From: a virus
Lineage: Duplodnaviria; Caudoviricetes
DNA length: 64,000 bases
Direction: 5' to 3' (one strand)
IMG/VR virus record: IMGVR_UViG_3300033273_000313
Span: 2,025-66,024 of that record
The notes below the pieces were generated by a model. The model saw only the letters and a list, made by a program, of their open reading frames with translations. It was not told the origin of the DNA and did not search any database. Shown piece after piece: positions 15,290 through 25,382 of this stretch; positions within the stretch are counted from its first letter, which is position 1; each line of letters opens with the position of its first letter. The position numbers and the translations under genes were made by a program.

Positions 15290-17548
15290 ATGGCACACGG
15301 GTTTGTATCATACTCACAACCAAAGTACGGACTTGATCTCGGAGCGATGGTCGCTGGCAAGATCAAGGACTCTTTTGGTATGGCAGCAGAGGAGAGGAGG
15401 TTACGTGACGAAGAGATAGCAAAGTTAGAAGGAAAGAATAAAGAAGATAGAACAGCAGAAGAATCTGAAAGACTAGAAGAATTACTAGAACAAAAGAAGT
15501 CAAGGACTGAGGGTAGAAAGAGAGACAGGATAAAGAATAGTTTCTTTACCAAGGCAATGATGTCCCAGTTTGGTGGGGACAGAGCACGTAGATTACAGGG
15601 CACATTGTCTAGTAGTCCAAGAAGATCTCAGGATCCATCTCTCACTAAAGAGCAGAGATATAGTGCTCTACTAGATGAGAGTATGACTGCTCCTGGTGAA
15701 GCACCAGCAGCACCAGATGATATCAACCCCATGGATTATGGGGATGCTAATGCTCAAGCACCAACTCCTCAACAGTCAGGACTAGAGAAAGCATTAGGTA
15801 GAGTATCAGAAGCACTATCAATAATCTCATCAAAGGTTTCTTCCTTGAAAGCAGAGGAAGCAAAAAGCAAAGCTACTAGCGAGTCTAGACTAGCGAAGTT
15901 TACTGGTGTCTTCGAATCAATCAAGAATTATTTTGATAGAGATAACGATCTAAAGAAGACAGAGAATACTATTGAGCAACAGAAGATAGAAAACTTCAGG
16001 GATGCTCAAGCAGATGCTAAGGTAGCAAGAGAACAATCTGCTATCAAAGAGGGAGAAGACCTCAGTACATTTGAGGACATGGAAGAACGTCCCGAGGGTA
16101 AAGGCAAAGGACTCCTCGGTGGCATCATGGATGGAGTCAAAGGTCTATTCAAAAATTTCATGGGTGGTGGTAAGAAGGGTGCTGACAAAGGAGTGACAGG
16201 ATATTCTAAACCCATCGGACCACAACCGATGAACTCCAGTACACCATGGGCAAGGATGGGTGCTGGTGATCGTGGTGGTATGTTTGGTCAAGGACAGTTT
16301 ACTCCTCGCCTATCTTCCACCAAGCTATCTGAAGGTGGTATCATTACTAAACCAACTACAGGTACACTAGAACCTGGAAGCAGTGTCATCCCACTCAATA
16401 GAAACAACGCTGTTGCTGATACATTTCAGGCAGCAAAAGAAACAGCAGGTGATGCTTCGATTGCCGACCCAATGGCACAGGTCATGCAACTACCATCAAA
16501 AGTTGGTGGTGGTCTGCTGATCGGATTGCTATCGAAAGCAATGAGTGCTCTCGGTGGCATCGCTGGTATGCTGAAGCCTGCCATTCAACCTGTTCTTAAC
16601 ACACTAGTTCCAGCGTTTGGTCTACCTGCTACTGTTGCTGCTGCTATCTTTGGTGGCGGTCCAGCACAAGCAGCGACAGGTGATTTTGATTTGGGATCTT
16701 ACTTCGGCAAGAAAGAATCAAAGGGTCCTGGTGCTGCTGGTAGCGGCAGCAGCAGCGGCGGGGGTGCTCCTGTTGTCCCGACTGGTGCTGTATCTGCTGC
16801 TCCAAAAGGTAATGAGACTGGTATCCTGTCACTCAGTGGTGGCACACCAACAGCATTAGCACAAGGATCTACCATTGCTAACACTCAGTTACACCATGGT
16901 CACGAAGATAATCGTGGAGGATTGAAAGTTCGTGACTACTTTATTGGTGGTTCTGCTGGTCCTAGTGATGGTAGCGATGGACTTGGAGCAAGATTGTATA
17001 CTCCTCTTGGATTTGGTCCCGTCAAGTATAAGAAACTAGACAATCATGGCATTACATTCCATGACCCACAGACTGATGAGAAAGTTGGCATGTACTACCA
17101 CGTCAACAATCCTCAACACCAACTAGATGGTAAGATTGTACAACCAGGAACGATGGTAGGTACACAGGGTGGACTACCTGGAACTCCATCAGCATACCCT
17201 GGAAGTAGTGCTGTTCACCTACATGTTGAGGGCACCGAGAGATTCCACAACGCTGTCATCTCTACCTATGCTAGTGGTCACGTGCTCAACGCTCCTGGAG
17301 TTACACACACAGCAACTCAACAGCAACCACAACCTGCTGGTGCTAGACCACAACTAGGTGCTGCTAACAATCCAGTTACTACTGCTGGAGCAACACCTCA
17401 GTATCAAGGACCAACGATCGCTACTATCCCTGCTCTAGCAGCAGCGACACCAACACAAGACGATGCTCCGCTAGATAGTTCTAGTCCCTTCTCTATCTAC
17501 AACAGCACTCCTGGTTGGAGTTCAATGTACGGGTCACTAATGTTCTAA
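15290..17548 (+). CDS. tape-measure-like tail protein with a C-terminal M23-like peptidase domain
   Basis: Paralogous N-terminus to the previous gene; YYHV...VQPGTMVGTQG...VHLHVE (HxH). Confidence 0.72.
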   Translation: MAHGFVSYSQPKYGLDLGAMVAGKIKDSFGMAAEERRLRDEEIAKLEGKNKEDRTAEESERLEELLEQKKSRTEGRKRDRIKNSFFTKAMMSQFGGDRARRLQGTLSSSPRRSQDPSLTKEQRYSALLDESMTAPGEAPAAPDDINPMDYGDANAQAPTPQQSGLEKALGRVSEALSIISSKVSSLKAEEAKSKATSESRLAKFTGVFESIKNYFDRDNDLKKTENTIEQQKIENFRDAQADAKVAREQSAIKEGEDLSTFEDMEERPEGKGKGLLGGIMDGVKGLFKNFMGGGKKGADKGVTGYSKPIGPQPMNSSTPWARMGAGDRGGMFGQGQFTPRLSSTKLSEGGIITKPTTGTLEPGSSVIPLNRNNAVADTFQAAKETAGDASIADPMAQVMQLPSKVGGGLLIGLLSKAMSALGGIAGMLKPAIQPVLNTLVPAFGLPATVAAAIFGGGPAQAATGDFDLGSYFGKKESKGPGAAGSGSSSGGGAPVVPTGAVSAAPKGNETGILSLSGGTPTALAQGSTIANTQLHHGHEDNRGGLKVRDYFIGGSAGPSDGSDGLGARLYTPLGFGPVKYKKLDNHGITFHDPQTDEKVGMYYHVNNPQHQLDGKIVQPGTMVGTQGGLPGTPSAYPGSSAVHLHVEGTERFHNAVISTYASGHVLNAPGVTHTATQQQPQPAGARPQLGAANNPVTTAGATPQYQGPTIATIPALAAATPTQDDAPLDSSSPFSIYNSTPGWSSMYGSLMF

Positions 17549-17550
17549 TC

Positions 17551-18945
17551 ATGGCAAATAAGAATACAAAGTCTATTGAACTGAAGGAGTGCTTCCTTTA
17601 TGATGTCAATGGAAACCAATACAATTTTACCAAGGCATCAGTTGGATTTGCTTACTATGAAAGCATCTTCAGTCCATTTGTTAGTGCTGTGCTGAATGTT
17701 GCTGACTCTGGTGGTAACTTTATCTCCAAGATTCCTATTCAGGGTGGAGAAAGAGTGACTCTAAAGATTGAAGACGTAGAAGAAGTAGAGTATGAGTTTG
17801 AGATGTATGTCTGGAAGATCTACAACAGATCATTCACCAAGAGCATGCAGAACTACAACCTAGCACTAACGTCGAAGGAAGCACTATACAATGAGGGTGT
17901 TAGACTGACCAAACGATTGAAGGGAACTCCTGATATGATTGTTGATAAGATTCTCAAGGAGAATCTCAAGACCGACAAGGAGATCTTCAAAGAGAGAGCA
18001 AAGTATCAAGTACAGTTCTTCCCCAACGGTAAGAAAGCACACCATATTATACAGTCTCTATCACAGAAGGCAGTGCCACAGTCATCCAAAGCAGCAGATG
18101 GTGACGCTGGTAAGACTACAGAGGGTGGACAGTCAGAACTATCTGGTGACACTAGCAAGGCATCAGGTACAGCAGGTTTCTTATTCTTTGAGAACAGTGC
18201 TGGATTCAACTTTAATTCTGTTGACTTCTACTTCAGCACAGGTGGGGATGAGTTTGGTGGTGAGAGTGAAGTCGCTACATATGAAGCGAAACCTAACCAA
18301 GATAATCCTGACCGCTTAGTCATCGAGGACTACAAGTTTACCAATGAGATTGACATGCTAGATCAGATGAGGAGCGGTACGTATGCTAGTCACGTAGTTA
18401 CATACAACTGGTCTACTGGTTTCTATGAGGAGTTTAGATATAACTTGAAAGAAAACTTTGAAAGCATGGCACACCTAGGTAGTCAAGAAAAACTAGGAGC
18501 AACACAAGAGGAGTTGTCTATCAATCCTACTAGAGTCATGACTGTACTGGTAGACCATGAGACTTGGTATGATGAAGAGACACCTGGGTCACCAGAGGAG
18601 AGAGACAATGGCGGTGAAGGTGGATCAAACTTCCCAGACTATCAGAAGTATTGGCTTGCTCAAAGTGTTGCCAGAAGATACTTCATGGAGAACCAGAAGT
18701 TAGAGATCACTATTCCTGGTAACATGGCACTCAAGGTAGGTGATAAACTTAATGTCTTGCTCCCTAACATGACAGCAGAGGTAGAAAGACAAGAGGAAAA
18801 TCTAGACAAAGAAAACAGTGGTGTATACTTGGTCTCTGCTCTGTCACATAACAATGTCTTCCTAAATAGTAGCACATGTACGACAAAGATCGAGTTGATC
18901 AGGGACATCTACGGTATGAAAGACTCCGCTAGCAACGTGAAGTGA
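17551..18945 (+). CDS. baseplate hub protein (gp27-like)
   Basis: YYESIFSPFVSA, PIQGGE, FLFFEN..GFNF.S, IPGN..LKVG, SGVYLV; immediately precedes gp5. Confidence 0.75.
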   Translation: MANKNTKSIELKECFLYDVNGNQYNFTKASVGFAYYESIFSPFVSAVLNVADSGGNFISKIPIQGGERVTLKIEDVEEVEYEFEMYVWKIYNRSFTKSMQNYNLALTSKEALYNEGVRLTKRLKGTPDMIVDKILKENLKTDKEIFKERAKYQVQFFPNGKKAHHIIQSLSQKAVPQSSKAADGDAGKTTEGGQSELSGDTSKASGTAGFLFFENSAGFNFNSVDFYFSTGGDEFGGESEVATYEAKPNQDNPDRLVIEDYKFTNEIDMLDQMRSGTYASHVVTYNWSTGFYEEFRYNLKENFESMAHLGSQEKLGATQEELSINPTRVMTVLVDHETWYDEETPGSPEERDNGGEGGSNFPDYQKYWLAQSVARRYFMENQKLEITIPGNMALKVGDKLNVLLPNMTAEVERQEENLDKENSGVYLVSALSHNNVFLNSSTCTTKIELIRDIYGMKDSASNVK

Positions 18946-18946
18946 T

Positions 18947-21900
18947 ATGGATCCAGCACTATCATCTCTATTTCCAATACATCAGATCGGTGCCGATGGA
19001 TTCTCGTGGTGGATCGGACAGATTGAAAGTAATAAGAACGAAGACCCCAAGAATTCTGGTAGATATAAGGTAAGAATTGTAGGGCAACATCTGAAAAGTG
19101 GTGATGCTACACCTACTAGTGAGTTGCCTTGGGCACAGGTAATGCTACCTGTTACTACACCATTCAGTGATGGTGGTAAGACTGGTGCTAGTGTAGGATT
19201 GAACCTAGGTAACTGGGTGGTTGGATTTTATGTAGATAATGATAGACAGAAACCAATCATCATGGGATCGATTGGTCACACTGCTGGTGCTACAAAACTA
19301 GAGAACGTAGAGGAAGATCCTAACCCTAGTGGTACAGAGAAAGAGTTCACAACATACAAAGATTCCTCTGTCAATCCAAACTTATCATCACCCATGGGTT
19401 CTGATAAGAAAAGGAACGGTGACAGTCCAGCAGACAGCACTACTGCTGAAGATGAGAACCTAACAAAGCCAGGTGATGCTGGTGAGATTGCTCCTGCTGT
19501 CCCAGGTCAGATGCCAGCAGCATTCTATGGTTTGTTTGCTGAAGCATCAGTCACCAACCCAACAGGTAACAAGGTATGTGTAGAAATTGCTGACCCCACA
19601 TGTGGATCCGAGAGTGATCTAAAGGGTGGTCTCACCAAGATTGTCGGTGACATGTTGGCAGCAACCCAGCAGTCGGGAGGTAACCTTGGATCATTCTATG
19701 TTAGTCAGGTCAACGGAGAACTTAATAGCTATATTGATGGTGGAATGGAATATGTTAATAAGGCAGTACGTCTTGTTAAAAGTTTCGTCTCTAGAGTTAA
19801 GGGAGAGATTGTCAAACTAGTACGTGAAGGTGTAGATAAACTAGTAGAACTAATTCTATACACAGACGCTGCTGCTGAAGATGCTCTAGGAAATACTAAT
19901 ACAGGTCCCGTTGCTCCTGATCTAGGCATCGAACCATTTCAACCTATCACCGAGAAAGAAAGCAGACTAAAACCAATTCTAGATACCATCAATGATATCC
20001 TAGATGATCTTGGTTGTGAGATGGCAGACTTTACTGACAAGATTGCCAAGTGGTTGACTGATCTGCTCCTCGGTTATCTGATGGATGCTTTCTCTAATGC
20101 TGCTTGTCTAGTGGACAATCTAGTTGAGGGTATCATCAACCAACTGTTGTCATTCATCGAAGATCTTCTAGGTAAAATTCTAGGTCCACTACAACAGATT
20201 CTATCTGCTCTGGCAGCACCACTAGACATCATCGGCAATGCTATCAACGGTGTACTAAATCTTCTTGGCATCTCTTGTGATGGTCCTGCTGCCCAGTGTC
20301 AGAAACTTAGAAAAGAATGTGTTGACTGTGACACTGGCGAAGAAGATGATGACTGGTTGGATAATCTTATTGCTGCTCTAGAAGATGGTCCTCTAGATGG
20401 ATCGACATATGTTTGTGACGAGGCAAAAAATACTTCAGCACTAGATTCTCTACCAGATACTAATGTAATCTTTGTTGGTGGTACATATCCTGACGGAGAA
20501 ACAGATGAAATTGATGGTAGCACCCCAACAGATGTGCTCATCACATATGAGATCGACGACGTTGAAGTTACTGAGGGTGAGCAAGCCATCTTCACTATCA
20601 CTAGAGGTGGTAACACCACAAAACCATCCAGTCTCACAATGACAATTCTTGGTGGCACTGCTGATCAGGGTGAAGATTATGACAAGATCTTTAGTGGATC
20701 TTCTGTTGGGTTCCCACCTGGAGAAACCACTAAGACTATAGTGTTTGAAACATATATTGATGACGAAACTGAAGGAGAAGAGAACTTCTTCCTGAAGTTT
20801 GAACCTAACATGACACCTGAAGGTATTGAAGCTACGTTCCCAGGCGGTAACGTCAAGAAGTGTACAATCCTAGACTTTGTTGATGGACAGAGTAATAGTC
20901 CTACCACACCTACTGTCCCAGGAACAGCACCAACACCATTTGTTCCACCATCAACTGTAATTACACAACCAGTAACACCATCCACTCCACTAGGTCCTAC
21001 TGCTCCTGTTGTACCATCGTTCGCTGTAACAACAGATAAATTCTTCTACAAAGAGGGTGAGACTATCATCTACACTATCTCTACAGAAAATGTAGATGGT
21101 GCTGGTCCTTACAACTTCACACTAGAAGGTGACATTGATGCTGCTGATGTTGTTGGTGGGTTGACTGGTTCCTTTACTCTAGATGAAACAGGAGGAGCTG
21201 TAGTTGAGGTAGAGATTGCCGAGAACAGTGACGACGATGATGATGCTCTAGAAAGTATTTCATTCTTCATCACTAACACACCAGCATATGCTGATGCTTT
21301 CATCCTAGGTGCTAGTGATAGTCTCGGCAACGATCCTGTCTGGTCTGTTACATCTGATGTAAACTATGTAAGAGAGGGAGAGACAGTCACCTTTACAGTC
21401 AATGCTCTCAACATTCCAGACGGAACTAACTTCAAGTATAAACTAGATGGTCCTCTTACTAGGTCGGACATTGTTGGTGGTAGACTAGAGTCTAGCGTTG
21501 ACATTGATGCCAACCCACTACAGATTATTGATGGTCAGTGTATCATTCCTATCCAAATTGCTGAGGATGGATTGACAGAAGAGGCAGAACAGTTTGACTT
21601 CACTCTTGTTTCCTATGTTGATGGCGATGGTGACGACCAAGACATCGTAGATGTATCAACCACTGTTGTAATCGCTAGCGAGGTTCTGATTGATTCTTCG
21701 TTGACGCCTACGTACAGTGTAAATTCGGATAAGTTTAGTTACAAAGAAGGCGAGACCATTACCTACACTATCACCACAACTAACATTGCTAACGGTACAT
21801 TACTACAGTATACATTGTATGGTAATGGTATTAGTAAGAGTGACTTCGATAGCAACAGTCTCTTCGGTACGTTTACTATCATCGACAATCAAGCAAAAGT

Positions 21901-22579
21901 CTACGTTGGTATCAGTGAGGACACACAGTCTGAGAGCACAGAGACTCTTACTTTCCTCATCAATGGTACAGGTGCCTTTGCTGATGTCATTATCATTGAT
22001 GAAGATGTAGACGATGAGGTTACTCCAATCATACCAAAGAAACCATGCTTCGATAAACCACGTGCTGGCAAACCTATCACAGATAGTAACGGAGCTATCA
22101 TTAGTATTCCTATCGTTGAGCAAGGTTGTCCTTACGTGTTCCCACCAAAAGTTATCATCACTGGTCCTGGATATGGTGCCTCTGGTATCCCACTACTAGA
22201 TGCTTCAGGTAAAGTGTCTGAGATTAGAGTGACTAGAACTGGTAGAGGGTATAATCTCAACCAAGATCCAGAACTGAGATGTGTCATCGACTCTTACACT
22301 ATCATCAGTCCTGGCAAAGGATATACTTCCACACCTGATGTTTATGTTGATGGTGTTGCTGGTAGAGCAATCGCTATCATTGATGAGAGAGGATATCTTG
22401 TCAGTGTACAACCAACAGACAGAACATCTGCCTGGAATGAGATTCCTGTCGTCAGGATCATCGGTGGTGGTGGAGCAGGTGCTAGAGTTCTACCATCTAT
22501 TTCATGTCTAGATACTAAGACCTATGAAGATCAAGGTTATGCCAAGATCGGTACAGGCAAGTACATTGATTGTCCATAA
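18947..22579 (+). CDS. gp5: baseplate hub/spike gp5 N-terminal part (OB fold) with Calx-beta/Ig-like repeats
   Basis: WWIGQIE..DP..GRYKVRIVGQH..LPWA..PVT, WVVGFY.D...QKPIIMG; repeated VxSDKxxYxEGETITYTI units. Confidence 0.85.
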   Translation: MDPALSSLFPIHQIGADGFSWWIGQIESNKNEDPKNSGRYKVRIVGQHLKSGDATPTSELPWAQVMLPVTTPFSDGGKTGASVGLNLGNWVVGFYVDNDRQKPIIMGSIGHTAGATKLENVEEDPNPSGTEKEFTTYKDSSVNPNLSSPMGSDKKRNGDSPADSTTAEDENLTKPGDAGEIAPAVPGQMPAAFYGLFAEASVTNPTGNKVCVEIADPTCGSESDLKGGLTKIVGDMLAATQQSGGNLGSFYVSQVNGELNSYIDGGMEYVNKAVRLVKSFVSRVKGEIVKLVREGVDKLVELILYTDAAAEDALGNTNTGPVAPDLGIEPFQPITEKESRLKPILDTINDILDDLGCEMADFTDKIAKWLTDLLLGYLMDAFSNAACLVDNLVEGIINQLLSFIEDLLGKILGPLQQILSALAAPLDIIGNAINGVLNLLGISCDGPAAQCQKLRKECVDCDTGEEDDDWLDNLIAALEDGPLDGSTYVCDEAKNTSALDSLPDTNVIFVGGTYPDGETDEIDGSTPTDVLITYEIDDVEVTEGEQAIFTITRGGNTTKPSSLTMTILGGTADQGEDYDKIFSGSSVGFPPGETTKTIVFETYIDDETEGEENFFLKFEPNMTPEGIEATFPGGNVKKCTILDFVDGQSNSPTTPTVPGTAPTPFVPPSTVITQPVTPSTPLGPTAPVVPSFAVTTDKFFYKEGETIIYTISTENVDGAGPYNFTLEGDIDAADVVGGLTGSFTLDETGGAVVEVEIAENSDDDDDALESISFFITNTPAYADAFILGASDSLGNDPVWSVTSDVNYVREGETVTFTVNALNIPDGTNFKYKLDGPLTRSDIVGGRLESSVDIDANPLQIIDGQCIIPIQIAEDGLTEEAEQFDFTLVSYVDGDGDDQDIVDVSTTVVIASEVLIDSSLTPTYSVNSDKFSYKEGETITYTITTTNIANGTLLQYTLYGNGISKSDFDSNSLFGTFTIIDNQAKVYVGISEDTQSESTETLTFLINGTGAFADVIIIDEDVDDEVTPIIPKKPCFDKPRAGKPITDSNGAIISIPIVEQGCPYVFPPKVIITGPGYGASGIPLLDASGKVSEIRVTRTGRGYNLNQDPELRCVIDSYTIISPGKGYTSTPDVYVDGVAGRAIAIIDERGYLVSVQPTDRTSAWNEIPVVRIIGGGGAGARVLPSISCLDTKTYEDQGYAKIGTGKYIDCP

Positions 22580-22591
22580 GGAGTGTAAATA

Positions 22592-23908
22592 ATGCCCGAC
22601 TCAGTAAATCAAACACCATCAAAAGATACACAAGCTAAAGTAGCAGGTGGTTTTACTACTGACATAGAAACTCTTGGTAATAATTACTATGCCGAGGGAC
22701 CTATTCCTGAGTTCTCTCAGATGCTGGGTGGTTTTGTCCTTACTGCTTATGAATTCCCTGAAGATGGTAGCAAAGGCATTGCTCTGTACAATGGTAAGAC
22801 AGCATTCCATATCGACAACAACAATAACATAACAATCTCTGCTGGTCCACCAGGACAGTCTGGTTGTGGTGGTAAGTTTGTGCTGAATACTCAGGCACAG
22901 ATTCAGAAGGCAAAGTCTGTTGCTATTGAAGTCACTGGTCGTGATGATGGTGGTGTTCAGTCAAAGGGCACCAATGAGGATGGCAACGTCGAGGAAGAAA
23001 CCATGCCATCTTACTCACTGAAGGTCTATGGTCCTGTCAATGTTGAAGCTATCGGTGGTGATGCTGCTGTCAAAGGTGACAACGTAACTGTCAATGCTAG
23101 CAGCACACTCAACCTCAAGTCAGGTAAAGACATCAACATTCAAGCAGGTGAGAATGGTGGCAAGATCAATATGTTTGGTGGCACCTTCGAGCTCAACACA
23201 GGATTCTTTAACAAGAACCTATCTGGTGGTGAGTACAGTGAAGGACCAGGAGAATTTAAGATCATTCAGAAAAAGAAAGGTGCTAGCGTTAGTATCGATA
23301 CCCCAGGTGAAGTGAAGTACACTGTCAATGGTAACTATACTGTTGGTGTCAAGGGTGACTACACACTAGGAACTGAGGGTCATTACAACATTAATGTAGA
23401 TAAAGACGCTGCTTGGGCAATCAAAGGTAAGTTCTCTCAAATTGTTGACGGCAAGGGCAAGATGGAAGTCAAGGGTCAAGAAGCAAAGGGTGCTAATTCA
23501 TCACAGCAAGAGACCTTTGTTGTTAAGGTAGCAGCACCTAAGAAGAAGTCTCTCGCTGCTCTACTAGTTGATGCTGGTGGTAAGCAAGAGTTCTTGGCAG
23601 CACAAGATGGATTTAAGTTTGAGATTGGTAAACAACTTGCTTCACTAGAACTAACCGACAAGAATAAGTTTAGTGTTACTACTGGTAAGGCGTTGGGTGC
23701 TATTAACATCGACGAAAAGCAAGTTATCGTTGAGCACGGCAAAACTGCCAAGATGACAATCAAACCAGAGGAAGTGTCACTAGCACAGAACAAGACCACT
23801 CAACTGACTATGAAACCAGACGAGTCAAAACTTGAGAACAATGGTGCTTATGTTAGCGTCAAACCTGCTGAGGTAAAAGTATTTGCTCCATTGATTTACC
23901 TAAACTGA
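22592..23908 (+). CDS. gp5 C-terminal-like beta-helix spike protein
   Basis: VxGxY beta-helix periodicity (YTVNGNYTVGVKGDYTLG); directly after gp5. Confidence 0.65.
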   Translation: MPDSVNQTPSKDTQAKVAGGFTTDIETLGNNYYAEGPIPEFSQMLGGFVLTAYEFPEDGSKGIALYNGKTAFHIDNNNNITISAGPPGQSGCGGKFVLNTQAQIQKAKSVAIEVTGRDDGGVQSKGTNEDGNVEEETMPSYSLKVYGPVNVEAIGGDAAVKGDNVTVNASSTLNLKSGKDINIQAGENGGKINMFGGTFELNTGFFNKNLSGGEYSEGPGEFKIIQKKKGASVSIDTPGEVKYTVNGNYTVGVKGDYTLGTEGHYNINVDKDAAWAIKGKFSQIVDGKGKMEVKGQEAKGANSSQQETFVVKVAAPKKKSLAALLVDAGGKQEFLAAQDGFKFEIGKQLASLELTDKNKFSVTTGKALGAINIDEKQVIVEHGKTAKMTIKPEEVSLAQNKTTQLTMKPDESKLENNGAYVSVKPAEVKVFAPLIYLN

Positions 23909-23922
23909 AATTCACTTTTCAG

Positions 23923-23976
23923 TTACCAGAATTTCGAAAAAAATTTCCCGCCATTTTTTTTGTGAAAAAAGTTGAT
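23923..23976. repeat. intergenic A/T-tract element, copy 2
   Basis: Near-identical to 11178-11230. Confidence 0.8.
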
Positions 23977-23977
23977 T

Positions 23978-24541
23978 ATGTATAAACTTGATGAAATAAC
24001 AATTATTGATAATTTTCTAGATCCTAATAGTTTTGAAAAAATCAGCAATTACATTTTAAGCGGTAATTTCAAATGGACATGTGGACCATCTTTGATGGAT
24101 TACAAAAATGTCGAAATAACGATGAATTCGTTATATGACCGACAATTGGTAAATTTGATATATTCAAAACACGTTGGAAATGGCAAATTAGCGGTAGAAC
24201 AGGAAAATGACTATAAGATCATTATTCCGTTTTTGAAAAAACTAAAAATTACCACAAAACAACTCACTAGGGTAAAAGTAAACGCCACATTGTGTAAAGA
24301 GTCTGTTATGAGATCTGGTTGGCATGTAGATGTTCCCGAAGAAGAGTTACATTGTGGAATGACAGCAATTTACTATGTTAACACGAATAATGGCAAAACA
24401 GTATTTAAGTGTGGTGAAGAAATTGAGTCTATTGAGAATCGGATGGTAATTTTTCCAAATTGGTACAATCACACTCCACAGTACCATACCAATGCTCCCA
24501 TGAGAGCAGTGATCAATTTCAACTGGTTGACAAATCCCTAA
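23978..24541 (+). CDS. 2OG-Fe(II) oxygenase
   Basis: IIDNFL, WHVD, TAIYYVNTNNG.T.F, NRMVIF...H, R.VINFN. Confidence 0.88.
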   Translation: MYKLDEITIIDNFLDPNSFEKISNYILSGNFKWTCGPSLMDYKNVEITMNSLYDRQLVNLIYSKHVGNGKLAVEQENDYKIIIPFLKKLKITTKQLTRVKVNATLCKESVMRSGWHVDVPEEELHCGMTAIYYVNTNNGKTVFKCGEEIESIENRMVIFPNWYNHTPQYHTNAPMRAVINFNWLTNP

Positions 24542-24555
24542 AGACCCAGTACAAT
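24527..24555 (+). promoter_or_regulatory. sigma70-type promoter
   Basis: TTGACA-17 nt-TACAAT. Confidence 0.75.
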
Positions 24556-24602
24556 AACTCTGTCAGGGTTCAACAGATAAATACCATCGATACAGCTTTA
24601 TT

Positions 24603-24800
24603 ATGAACTACAAACCGTACTCACAGGAATGGCACAGATATCGCTACCTTAAAGAGGCAGTCGATAAGTACCTTGACGATTACGTAGACCCTAGTATCAT
24701 TGTGGATGATATCCGTGATGTTCTTCATGAACGCTCCGAACGAGCATATCAAGAATTCAACAGGATTAATCAATTAGAGCACTATCTCTCGGAAGAATAA
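24603..24800 (+). CDS. conserved cyanophage hypothetical protein
   Basis: MNYKPYSQEWHR...; follows the promoter. Confidence 0.75.
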   Translation: MNYKPYSQEWHRYRYLKEAVDKYLDDYVDPSIIVDDIRDVLHERSERAYQEFNRINQLEHYLSEE

Positions 24801-24801
24801 T

Positions 24802-25113
24802 ATGCTTTCTACCAAATACAGACTACGACTTGAATACATCTGTAGATGTATCGCTAACAAAGAAGAAGTTCAATTAGAAGATATGCTTTGGGTAGAAAGA
24901 CTTGCCAAACGTCATACCACTGCCCGTGACTGGTTGAACAAGGCACGTCGTCAGTCCAAGGGGATTGAGGAGGGCAGTGTGGATGATTTTATGAATAAGA
25001 TGGGACTAGGAGACCCCGACCCATCTAATCACATAACGGGGTTCTCAGGTGCCGACGAAATTGTAGATTGGTTCAAACAAGACAAACCCGACGATTGGAG
25101 ACAACGCGATTAA
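24802..25113 (+). CDS. conserved cyanophage hypothetical protein
   Basis: MLSTKYRLRLE.IC...GLGDPDPSNH...DWRQRD. Confidence 0.8.
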   Translation: MLSTKYRLRLEYICRCIANKEEVQLEDMLWVERLAKRHTTARDWLNKARRQSKGIEEGSVDDFMNKMGLGDPDPSNHITGFSGADEIVDWFKQDKPDDWRQRD

Positions 25114-25355
25114 TGGATAAAACTGTAGTAATTTACAGCAACGGCAGTCAAGAGTGTGAGCGTATGGCATCACTACTAAAAACACTTGGTGGTGAATTCC
25201 TTGAATACAAATTAGGGCAACATTTTACTCAAAAAGGTTTTGATAAAGAATTCGGTGAAGAAGCCGAATATCCACAAATTAATATCGGGTTCAAACACGT
25301 TGGTGGTTTGAAGGAAACACTACGTTATATGAGCGATCGAGGCATGTTTGTGTAA
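25113..25355 (+). CDS. glutaredoxin-like protein (monothiol, SQEC)
   Basis: VIYS...C, YPQI.IG..HVGG thioredoxin-fold motifs. Confidence 0.8.
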   Translation: MDKTVVIYSNGSQECERMASLLKTLGGEFLEYKLGQHFTQKGFDKEFGEEAEYPQINIGFKHVGGLKETLRYMSDRGMFV

Positions 25356-25382
25356 CATAAATAACTTTGTTAGGGATTCAAC

